A program made the position numbers and the translations under genes. Below the pieces are notes generated by a model that saw nothing but the letters and a program-made list of their open reading frames with translations, did not search any database and was not told the DNA's origin. A DNA stretch of 64,000 nt from an uncultured Sphaerobacteraceae bacterium. GTDB lineage: Bacteria; Chloroflexota; Chloroflexia; Thermomicrobiales; UBA6265. Below are positions 46,499 through 54,856 of the stretch, in pieces. Each line of letters starts with the position of its first letter. The stretch's first letter is position 1. The stretch lies in NCBI GenBank assembly GCA_964610045.1, contig CAZSUN010000002.1, positions 40,925-104,924 on the forward strand, written 5' to 3'.

Positions 46499-47812
46499 AT
46501 GGTCAAGCAGGTTACTCGTCGCTCACTGGTCAAGGGTGCGGCCGGCGCCAGCCTCGGTGTGGCTGGTCTCGGCGCGGCGAGCCGCACGTTTGCGGCGCCA
46601 TCGGTCATTCAGGATGGACCGGTTGAAGTCTCGTTCCTGCGCGCGTTCCCAAGCGGCGCCAATGGCGATGCCTCGGTCGCGATGATCGAGCGCTTCACCG
46701 AGGCATTCCCCGACATCAAGATCGTCGAAAACGTGGTCGACGACTATGAAGCCGTCGCTGCCCAGCTCATCACCGGTCTCCAGACCGGGGACGTCCCGGC
46801 GATCGCCATGCTGTCCGACGTCTGGTGGTTCCGCTTCTACCTGTCGCAGTCGCTGGAAGACCTCACCTCGCTGGTCGACACCCCGGACGACTACGTGCAG
46901 TCGCTGTTCACCGAGTACCAGCGCAACGGCGGTCAGTGGGCGGTTCCATTCGCTCGCTCCACACCGCTCTTCTACTACAACGCGGACGCCGTCGCCGCCT
47001 CGGGCGTCGATCCAGCCGTCTTCGGGAAGTGGAGCGATTTCAGGGCAGCCGCACCGGACCTGATCTCCGGCAGTGGGCTCGAAACAGCCTTCCTGTTCGG
47101 GAATGCGGCGTCGTATGGCGCCTGGTCGATGCACGGACCAGTCTGGGCGTTTGGTGGTCACTACTCCGATCCTGACCTCAACATCCTGCTCGAGGAAGAA
47201 GGCACGGTCAATTGCGGTGAGTTCATGCGCGAGTTCGTCGAGAGCGGCAACGCCCTCGCCGTCGCCGAACCGCAAACCGACTTCATGAACTCCGTCTCGA
47301 TCGCCTGCATCCAGTCGACCGGTTCACTGGGTTCGACCAAGGCAGGAACCGAAGGCAAGTTCGAGTTCAAGACCGCCTTCCTGCCGGAAGAGCTCCAGTT
47401 CGGGTGCTGCACCGGTGGCACCGGCCTGTCGATCATGGCTGGACTCGACGACACCGTGAAGCAAGCGGCGATGGAGTACCTGAAGTTCGCCACCAATGCC
47501 GAGCAGACCGTCATCTGGTCGCAGGCGACCGGCTACATGCCAGTCCGCACGTCGGCGGTCGAAAGCGCCGACATGCAGGCGTTCCTCGACGAGAACCCGA
47601 ACTCCCGAGTCGCGATCGAGCAGCTACCGAAGACCCAGCCGCAGGACTCGGCCCGCGTCTTCATCCCCAACGGCGACCAGATGCTGGGCCGCGGTTGGGA
47701 GCAGATCCTGGTCCAGAACCGCGCTGCGGCTGAGGTTTGGGCGGAAGTCACAGCCGAACTCGAGCCAGAAGCCGAAGCCGTCAAGGAGCAGGTTGCAGCG
47801 ATCGAGGGGTAA
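46499..47812 (+). CDS. carbohydrate ABC transporter substrate-binding protein with Tat-type signal
   Basis: MVKQVTRRSLVKGAAGASLGVAGLGAASRTFA signal and a family-1 solute-binding layout. GAGGAGGA Shine-Dalgarno upstream. Confidence 0.8.
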   Translation: MVKQVTRRSLVKGAAGASLGVAGLGAASRTFAAPSVIQDGPVEVSFLRAFPSGANGDASVAMIERFTEAFPDIKIVENVVDDYEAVAAQLITGLQTGDVPAIAMLSDVWWFRFYLSQSLEDLTSLVDTPDDYVQSLFTEYQRNGGQWAVPFARSTPLFYYNADAVAASGVDPAVFGKWSDFRAAAPDLISGSGLETAFLFGNAASYGAWSMHGPVWAFGGHYSDPDLNILLEEEGTVNCGEFMREFVESGNALAVAEPQTDFMNSVSIACIQSTGSLGSTKAGTEGKFEFKTAFLPEELQFGCCTGGTGLSIMAGLDDTVKQAAMEYLKFATNAEQTVIWSQATGYMPVRTSAVESADMQAFLDENPNSRVAIEQLPKTQPQDSARVFIPNGDQMLGRGWEQILVQNRAAAEVWAEVTAELEPEAEAVKEQVAAIEG

Positions 47813-47844
47813 CCGTCCTCACCCCATCTGCGAGGAATCACAAT

Positions 47845-47870
47845 CCCCGGTTGCCGAATGGCAACCGGGG
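47845..47870 (+). terminator. intrinsic terminator-like hairpin after the sugar binding-protein gene
   Basis: Perfect 11-bp stem CCCCGGTTGCC-GAAT-GGCAACCGGGG followed by TTCGTGGGT. Lies between convergent stops (47812 + and 47895 -). Confidence 0.6.
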
Positions 47871-47894
47871 TTCGTGGGTCGGGGATATTCAGGC

Positions 47895-48377
47895 TCACCG
47901 GGCCTGAATGGTGACGTCCCGGCCCCCTGGCACATGGGAAATGCGCACCAAGAGGAAACGATCGGGCAGCCACTCGCCGGCGCGTTCCGGCCACTCGATG
48001 ACCGAGACAGCGGAGACCGGGGCAATGAACTGCTCCCAGCCCAGCGTCTCAAGGTCTTCAGGACCGTCCAGCCGGTAGAGATCGAGATGGAAAAGCGTCT
48101 CGATTCCGGCAGTGTTCGCAGGCACCTTGTGCTCGCTGACGATGGTGAACGTTGGGCTCTGGATTGGATCAGCGACGCCGAGCCCGGCCGCGATGCCCTG
48201 CGTCAGGGTCGTCTTGCCGGCCCCGAGATCACCGTGGAGCAAAAGGACGTCTCCGGCACGGAGACCGGCCGCCAGTTGGAGGCCCAGGGCCAGCATCGCC
48301 TCGCGGCCCGGGATGAGTTGTGACGTTCCACTCACCGTTCGAACGATCCTGTGGTTGCAGGGAACTTCCCTCGCCAC
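47895..48377 (-). CDS. tsaE: tRNA t6A37 biosynthesis ATPase TsaE
   Basis: [20 protein letters not shown]-loop and SPTFTIV motif, about 150-160 aa. Confidence 0.85.
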   Translation of the reverse strand: MAREVPCNHRIVRTVSGTSQLIPGREAMLALGLQLAAGLRAGDVLLLHGDLGAGKTTLTQGIAAGLGVADPIQSPTFTIVSEHKVPANTAGIETLFHLDLYRLDGPEDLETLGWEQFIAPVSAVSVIEWPERAGEWLPDRFLLVRISHVPGGRDVTIQAR

Positions 48378-48389
48378 CCTGTGGCACGA

Positions 48390-48998
48390 TCAATCATGGA
48401 CCCAGGTCGTCACCTCAGCCACGGGCCGGCGTTCGCGGCCAGACGGCCGAGCCAGGGGATGACCGACGTAGACGAACCCCAGCATCTGGCCCTGCTCGCT
48501 GAGCCCGAAATGCTCGCGCACTTCCGGTTCGAACGCGATCCAGCCCGAGCGCCAGATTGCGCCGAGACCAAGGGCATCGGCCGCAAGCAGCATGTTCTGC
48601 ACCGCGGCGGCGCCGGCCGCGATCTCCTCGATCAGCGGAGTACCGGGAGAAGGTTCGACGCCGATCGCGATCACGTATGGCGCGCGCAGTGGCTTTTTCG
48701 CCGCGCTCTCGGCAACGCGTGCCTTCGCATCGGCGTCTTCCTCGCGGCTGGCGGCAACTTCTCCCATCACCCGCCCGAGCTCACTCCTCGCCTCGCCTTC
48801 GAGCACGAAGAACCGCCAAGGCTCGGTCAGGTGATGATTCGGCGCCCAGGTCGCAGCTTCCAGGATTTGCCAGATCAGGTCACGATCCGGAGCGACATCT
48901 GAAACCTTTCCGATACTGCGCCGGTTCCGGAGAGAGGCCAGCATCGAATCGGCATCGAGCGGTGTGACCCGCGTTTCGTCGAGTTGTGAAACACTCAT
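48390..48998 (-). CDS. nitroreductase family protein
   Basis: [11 protein letters not shown]-terminal motif and nitroreductase-like core ([32 protein letters not shown]). Start trimmed to the ATG at 48998, which has GAGG upstream. Confidence 0.75.
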   Translation of the reverse strand: MSVSQLDETRVTPLDADSMLASLRNRRSIGKVSDVAPDRDLIWQILEAATWAPNHHLTEPWRFFVLEGEARSELGRVMGEVAASREEDADAKARVAESAAKKPLRAPYVIAIGVEPSPGTPLIEEIAAGAAAVQNMLLAADALGLGAIWRSGWIAFEPEVREHFGLSEQGQMLGFVYVGHPLARPSGRERRPVAEVTTWVHD

Positions 48999-49151
48999 TG
49001 GTAACCTCGAATGGTGCGCCAGCGTTGAGTCTGGATGCATGTCCGACCAATAACATCGGGATAATGATGGCGGTGCTGCACCACTTCCTGCAACCTGCCC
49101 AAACGAACGGCCGGTCTTGCTGATCCCGGACGAAACGTTGCACGCCAACCG

Positions 49152-50162
49152 TTACCTGTCCTCACGGGCGAAATGATCGAATGCCCCGGTCTCACTTTCG
49201 AGACCCTCGCCATGCGCAAGTAGCACGCGAGGTTGTCCCTCAACGGCTTGAAGAACCCGGCCGACGACCGTGACTGTCGCGCCAGCGTCACCCGCGCGAC
49301 GGTGCAGTTCAGCATACCGGTGCTCTGGAATAGTCATGAGCAGTTCGTAGTCCTCGCCGCCCCGCGTGGCAAGGTTGCGCCAACTATCGGGAAACAGTGC
49401 TCGTACGGCCGGCAGGACCGGCACGAGGTCGAGGTCGATCTCGGCCGAGACGCTGCTCGCCGCCAGGATCTTCCGGAGGTCCCCGAGTAGTCCATCGCTG
49501 AGATCCATTGCCGCAGTGACGCCGGATTCGTGCATGACACTGCCCAGGGCGACGCGTGGAACGGGCCTCAGGTGCGATGCAACCAGCAGATCCGCCGTTG
49601 CGGCATCGCTCCTCGCGGCCAACAGGTGCATACCCGCGGCGCTCGCGCCGAGCGTGCCACTGACGACAACCAAATCCCCCTCGCAAGCGCCATCGCGGCC
49701 CACGGCCCACCCGGACGCAACCTGCCCGAGCAGCGAAACTGACAGGAAGATGCCGCCAGGCGACCGCACGATGTCTCCACCAGCTATCGTGACACCATAC
49801 GCTGCCGCAATGTCGTTCGCGCCTTGATAGAGTGATTCGAGATCGACAACTGCTTCGTCTCCCGTGAGCCCGAGCACGATCGTGGCCAGGCTCGGGACAG
49901 CGCCCATCGCGGCGATGTCGGAGATGTTGACCGCCAGCATCTTGTGGCCGAGACTGCGCCAGTCAGTCCAGTCCAGCCGGAAATGGACGCCCTCCACAAG
50001 CGCATCGGTACTGACAACGACCTGGTAGCCAGGTTCCGGAGACCAAAGCGCGGCATCATCGCCGATCCCCAACGGCACCGCAGTAGACGAGCGCACGGCG
50101 GGCGCCAGTTGCTCCCGCAACCGTTCGATCAGGGTGAACTCACCGATATCCCGCACACGCAC
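49152..50162 (-). CDS. thiL: thiamine-monophosphate kinase
   Basis: IGEFTLIERL...GIGDDAAL N-terminus and AIR-synthase-like fold. The GTG at 50162 has GGAG 7 nt upstream. The upstream 100 codons of the ORF are Arg-rich filler. Confidence 0.85.
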   Translation of the reverse strand: MRVRDIGEFTLIERLREQLAPAVRSSTAVPLGIGDDAALWSPEPGYQVVVSTDALVEGVHFRLDWTDWRSLGHKMLAVNISDIAAMGAVPSLATIVLGLTGDEAVVDLESLYQGANDIAAAYGVTIAGGDIVRSPGGIFLSVSLLGQVASGWAVGRDGACEGDLVVVSGTLGASAAGMHLLAARSDAATADLLVASHLRPVPRVALGSVMHESGVTAAMDLSDGLLGDLRKILAASSVSAEIDLDLVPVLPAVRALFPDSWRNLATRGGEDYELLMTIPEHRYAELHRRAGDAGATVTVVGRVLQAVEGQPRVLLAHGEGLESETGAFDHFAREDR

Positions 50163-50293
50163 ACCATGACTCCGTCCATGACCGCATTGGCGCTGATGGT
50201 ATCGTTCCGGAAACACCGCACCGACGCTCGTGGCCCTTTCCACGGGCTGGCCGTCCCACCGAGCGAGTTCACGACCACCATGATGCTGCGGAC

Positions 50294-53227
50294 ATGACCA
50301 CGCCCGCCACCCACTTCCTGCCCGATTCCTCTGAAACGGTTGATCCCGACCTCGATCGGATGGTCGCGCAGTTCTCGACCCTTTATTCGTTTCCGCTCGA
50401 CGCCTTCCAGCGTGAGGCCATCTCGACGCTGCTCCAGGGCGACTCCGTGATGGTTGCCGCCCCAACCGGCTCCGGGAAAACCGTGGTCGCCGAGTTCGGA
50501 ATCTTCGATTCGTTCCGGCGGACGGGGCGGGTGTTCTACACCACCCCGATCAAGGCGCTCTCAAACCAGAAGTTCCGGGATCTGCGGGCAATCTACGGCG
50601 AGGATGTTGGTCTCCTGACCGGCGATGTCTCGGAGAATCGGGATGCTCGCGTTCTGGTGATGACCACCGAGATCCTGCGGAACATGTTGTTGCAAAGTCC
50701 CTGGGAAATCGACGATGTCGACACCATCGTCTTCGACGAGATCCACTACCTGGCGGATCCCGAGCGCGGGACGACCTGGGAAGAGTCGATCATTCTCTGC
50801 CCGGAGCACGTCCAGCTCATCTGCCTCTCGGCAACCGTCACCAATGCCAGCGAGATCGCCGGCTGGATTTCCCGGACGCATCGTCCGATCCGGCTCATCA
50901 CGCACCTTGATCGCCCGGTTCCACTGGCACTCTACTACTTCCACGACAACGATTTGGCGATGGTGGTCGACCACAACGGCAATCGCGTACGTGACTTCGG
51001 CAAGGTCGGCGGTGAGTTGCGTCGGCAGGCATCACGACAGGGCCGGGGCGCCAACTCGGAGCGCGAGCGGCGCGCGATGGACGAACCGCAGCCGAGGCAG
51101 ATCGTGGATGCCCTGGCGCGCGTGAATCTTCTCCCGGCCATCTACTTCCTGTTCAGCCGCAACGACTGCCAGTCCTTCGCCGAACACCTGGCGGTTATGC
51201 GGCAGGATCTGGTAACCCCGGCACAGGTCAGCCAGATCGAAGCGATCCTGGAATCGTACCTGCAGTCGCTCCGGGCCGAAGACCGGGCTCTGGAGCAAGT
51301 CGAGGTCATCGTACGGCTGGCACGGAAAGGGATCGGATTCCATCACGCCGGGCTTCTGGCCGTGTTGAAGCAACTGGTGGAAGTGTTGTTCAGTCGCGGT
51401 TTGATGATGGTCGTTTTTGCCACGGATACCTTGGCGCTGGGCGTGAACATGCCCGCGCGAACGGTCGTGGTTGGTCGCATGGCGAAATACGATGGCCGGC
51501 GACGGCGGCCACTGATCCCGAACGAATTCCAGCAGATGGCGGGCCGGGCGGGTCGCCGGGGCATGGATGCGTTCGGTCATGTGGTGATGCCGTATTCACC
51601 GTGGATTCCGTTTCAGGACATGCTGGAGATCGCCACTGGACCGCTTCACCCTGTCCAGTCGGCGTTTGCCGTCCGCTACAACACGGTGCTGAACCTCTGG
51701 GATCCGCCATCTGGCGATCGCGTGCGGAACATGCTTCAACGGAGTCTCGCGCAGTACCAAACGGGACAGCGCGTCCGGTTGATTGAACTCGACATCCTGG
51801 AGCTTGAAGCCGAACTGGCTGGTATCGTCGATGGGCGCCAGGACGAGTTGCAACGACTCGACGATTCCTTCGAGGAGTTCCGGAGCCTCGACCGGCAAAT
51901 CCAGGCGGCGCAATCGGGTCTGCGCAAGCTGGAGAGCGATCTGGCCCTGCTCGACACCACCCTTGCAACCGCGACCCCGTGGTCCGAACCCACCCGTCAC
52001 GCCTTGAAACGGGCTCTCCGTTCAACACTCGCTGGTGAGTTGGTGCATCTGCGGGACCATGGTTGGGCAGTCTATCTCGGACAGGGCGAAAAAGGCGGTG
52101 TCGGTCTGTTCCTGACCGTTGAACCGCTGGCGGTTTGGCTTCCCACCGAGTACCGACAGATCGACTATCTCACCGACGGCAAACGTGTTGACCTGCCGGA
52201 TGCCATGGTCGAACCGGCCGATCCTGACAGCCTGCCCGGGTTGCTCGCAGGTTCACCAGAACTGGCGCGAATCATCTCGGACATGAACGCGCTCGACCTC
52301 CCCGATCTGGAGACCATCGCCGCGGAATTCCGGGAACGCGAACGCGCCTCCCTGGAGGAGCGGCGCGCTGAATTGGCCAGTCGACGCGACCTTGCATTGG
52401 CGGATGTTGCCAATCTCGAACGGTCCAAACGCGAGCATCCATTCGCGGACGGAAAGTTGCGAAAGCGGCACCAGCAAGGACTTCGCCGCCGCGACGCGCT
52501 GGAGAAGGAACGCAATACGCTCGCCGAGGTCCTCGAGCGCGAGATCGACGCCGAGGATCAGCGTGTCCGCAACGTGATTCGCGGCATCAGGGATGTCCTT
52601 CATCGGTTCGGCTACCTGCAACGCGGTTACCCAACCGAGAAGGCCGACATGCTCGCGGATGTCTTCGACAATGACGGGCTGATCATCTGCGAGATGGTCG
52701 ACCGGGGCATGCTCGAACCATTGCACCCCGAGGAACTTGCAGAAGTATTCTCGTGGTTCAGCTTCGACCGGGATTTCCGGTACGCCAACCACTTCGTGCT
52801 GCCTGATCGGCTTGTGCGCCTGCGGCGGCAACTCGAAGACCTCGAAACGGACATCCTCAGCGAGGAACGCGATCTCAAGCTGTTCATTTCCGAAGGACAC
52901 AATCCGAGTTTCTACGGCGCGGCACTCGCCTGGTCGAATGGTTCGACAATGGTCGAACTGGCAGAGCAGATCGAACTCTCGGAAGGCGACCTGGTCCTCA
53001 CCTTCAACAAGACGATCGACCTGATGCGCCAGATCAGGGAAATGCTGGTCGATGTTGACCGAGAGCACCCACTGATCTCGAAGTTCGCCGATGCGGAACG
53101 CAAGCTCCGGCGCGGGATCGTGGAACAGTCGCTCTCGCTGGGATTCACGCCGATATCCGGCGCCCCGGACGACGCCTTGGAAATCGTGGACGAGCTTTCA
53201 GACGCCGAACTCGACGAGGCTGGTTGA
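50294..53227 (+). CDS. Ski2/Mtr4-like (HelY-type) DExH-box RNA helicase
   Basis: Motif I AAPTGSGKTVVAEF, motif II DEIHYLAD, motif III SATV, motif VI QMAGRAGRRG. Long coiled-coil/arch-like middle region and a DSHCT-like C-terminus (LSEGDLVLTFNKTIDLMRQI). Confidence 0.8.
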   Translation: MTTPATHFLPDSSETVDPDLDRMVAQFSTLYSFPLDAFQREAISTLLQGDSVMVAAPTGSGKTVVAEFGIFDSFRRTGRVFYTTPIKALSNQKFRDLRAIYGEDVGLLTGDVSENRDARVLVMTTEILRNMLLQSPWEIDDVDTIVFDEIHYLADPERGTTWEESIILCPEHVQLICLSATVTNASEIAGWISRTHRPIRLITHLDRPVPLALYYFHDNDLAMVVDHNGNRVRDFGKVGGELRRQASRQGRGANSERERRAMDEPQPRQIVDALARVNLLPAIYFLFSRNDCQSFAEHLAVMRQDLVTPAQVSQIEAILESYLQSLRAEDRALEQVEVIVRLARKGIGFHHAGLLAVLKQLVEVLFSRGLMMVVFATDTLALGVNMPARTVVVGRMAKYDGRRRRPLIPNEFQQMAGRAGRRGMDAFGHVVMPYSPWIPFQDMLEIATGPLHPVQSAFAVRYNTVLNLWDPPSGDRVRNMLQRSLAQYQTGQRVRLIELDILELEAELAGIVDGRQDELQRLDDSFEEFRSLDRQIQAAQSGLRKLESDLALLDTTLATATPWSEPTRHALKRALRSTLAGELVHLRDHGWAVYLGQGEKGGVGLFLTVEPLAVWLPTEYRQIDYLTDGKRVDLPDAMVEPADPDSLPGLLAGSPELARIISDMNALDLPDLETIAAEFRERERASLEERRAELASRRDLALADVANLERSKREHPFADGKLRKRHQQGLRRRDALEKERNTLAEVLEREIDAEDQRVRNVIRGIRDVLHRFGYLQRGYPTEKADMLADVFDNDGLIICEMVDRGMLEPLHPEELAEVFSWFSFDRDFRYANHFVLPDRLVRLRRQLEDLETDILSEERDLKLFISEGHNPSFYGAALAWSNGSTMVELAEQIELSEGDLVLTFNKTIDLMRQIREMLVDVDREHPLISKFADAERKLRRGIVEQSLSLGFTPISGAPDDALEIVDELSDAELDEAG

Positions 53228-53255
53228 GCCAGGGCACCCCACAACCGAGAACTCC

Positions 53256-53675
53256 ATGCACGCGAACCAATTGCCTGCAATGAGAACATTTGTGCTATTC
53301 TTCGATGGTACGTACTTCGAATCTCCGGTGGTCGAGGAGGACCCGGTCAGAACGGTGACCCAAGTCCCGGATGGACCGATCGCGGATGTCGCGTTGTCGG
53401 TCTTCACAGTCGCCGACTACTGGCCGGAAGCCCATGCCGCTCCGTCCCGGCGCAGCGCCTGGACTGTCAACCTGCAGGAAGGAAAGAGGAGTGACCAGAG
53501 ATACGCTTCACTTCGACGAACAAATCGTGTTGCGTTCGCGGGAAGCGGCCCGGTCGGCTCGCGACTATTGCGCCAGTGCCGGGTATCCGCTCGGCGTGGC
53601 GATGATCGACGAGGCATGGTTCGGTGGAGACATGCACGAAGTTCTCGTCGCCCTTTCTGCCTATCAAAACCCTGA
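53256..53675 (+). other. coding-looking reading frame that runs out-of-frame into the next gene (possible frameshifted N-terminus or overlapping small gene)
   Basis: From the ATG at 53256 (or 53280) to about 53485, this frame has protein-like composition (MRTFVLFFDGTYFESPVVEEDPVRTVTQVPDGPIADVALSVFTVADYWPEAH). Its third-position GC is higher than in the frame of the downstream gene. After about 53490 it becomes Arg-rich filler until its stop at 53675. Confidence 0.35.
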
Positions 53676-54369
53676 TGGCGGGTTCGGCAACGGCTTGGAG
53701 GTCGACATCACCGCCCCAGCCAGCAATGCTTTTGCAGCACGACTGGCGATGCACGTGCTGCTCGGCCTCAAGACCCGGTCGGCATCGACGTTGCAGGATC
53801 AGCTCGCTGGCTGGTTGGTCGCAAACCAGGCTGAAGATGGCGACTGGCACTTCTCGGCGGAAGTTCGCACCGGCGAGCTTGCTCCCTGGTTTGCGGGTTG
53901 GACATTCCCGGCACTCAATCCTGCCTGCTGCATTGCCGGCCTCGCCGACCGGTTGGGCATTGCGACTCCGGAAATGCTCGATCGTGTCGCGAGGTTGTTC
54001 GCGGAGAAGGCGTCGGCAACCGATGTGCGGGATGGCGACTTCTACACCCTCCTGCCCTATGTCGAATATGCCGGCGTGACCGGACTTCCAGACCGCGACG
54101 AATGGGTAGAACGCATCACGAGCGCGATCGCCGCCATCGACGCAGCCGGTGGGTACGGGGACCCTCAGCACTACTTCGAGCATGCGCTCGGCAGCGGTCC
54201 CCTGCTCCTCCACCGCCTTGATCCCGATCGGGTGTTGGCAAACGCGTCGCTGATGCTGGCCCGGCAGTCGGCTGATGGAGGTTGGCCATCTCCGTACAGC
54301 GAATCCTGGCGCCCGTGGCTCACAGCCTGGAGCAGCGTGGTCCTGTCGCAATTGGCAGTTGGACGGTAG
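53491..54369 (+). CDS. hypothetical protein with QW-like repeats (possible alpha/alpha-toroid, prenyltransferase/squalene-oxidase-repeat-like)
   Basis: Repeated motifs YQNPDGGFGNG, NQAEDGDWHFS and RQSADGGWPSPY. The GTG at 53491 is preceded by AGGAAGG. The fold assignment is an inference. Confidence 0.5.
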   Translation: MTRDTLHFDEQIVLRSREAARSARDYCASAGYPLGVAMIDEAWFGGDMHEVLVALSAYQNPDGGFGNGLEVDITAPASNAFAARLAMHVLLGLKTRSASTLQDQLAGWLVANQAEDGDWHFSAEVRTGELAPWFAGWTFPALNPACCIAGLADRLGIATPEMLDRVARLFAEKASATDVRDGDFYTLLPYVEYAGVTGLPDRDEWVERITSAIAAIDAAGGYGDPQHYFEHALGSGPLLLHRLDPDRVLANASLMLARQSADGGWPSPYSESWRPWLTAWSSVVLSQLAVGR

Positions 54370-54856
54370 ACAGCGCCAAAATTCCACGCGGCGTACGTCT
54401 TGCGAACTCCTCTTTTCTCACTTCTCACCCGTGGCGCACATTCGTCAGTTCGCTGCGTTCACAAGAGTGCGGGTTGGTTTCGCTCACGATCTCCCTGCCG
54501 GAATCACCACAGAAATACAGTTCGGTGGTGAACAAATGGGGAGAGGACCGAACTTCTCGAAATCCCCATCACTCAGGGCTATTCCGGAATAAATGCAGAA
54601 ATGTGGACGGTTCGCACACAACACCCGCCAACACCGAATCCGGGTGAAAAGGCGCGTCCTCTCGGAGGGGCGACCCGAGCCTGTCCTGATGCGAAGTCGA
54701 AGGCTGCGAAGCGGGTCACGCCCGGAGTGACAGATCACGCAAGCACCTTCGCCGACGGCAATCCATCTTGAAACACCCGGAGCGCGATCCACCACGCGCG
54801 GTTACCCGGCAGAGTCCAGCCGGATCCGGTACGAATCGCCGGAGTCGAGCCGCGGA

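Noticed and set aside
54370-54856. RNase P RNA, tmRNA or SRP RNA in the long convergent spacer.
   Set aside because: I looked on both strands for GAGGAAAGTCC / ACAGAA..CGGCTTA (RNase P), for a tRNA-like 3' end GGTTCGA.TCC....CCACCA (tmRNA) and for GGAAGCAGCC (SRP). I found none. ACAGAAATACAG at 54509 is not in a P4-compatible context. The spacer remains an unexplained finding rather than an assigned RNA gene.
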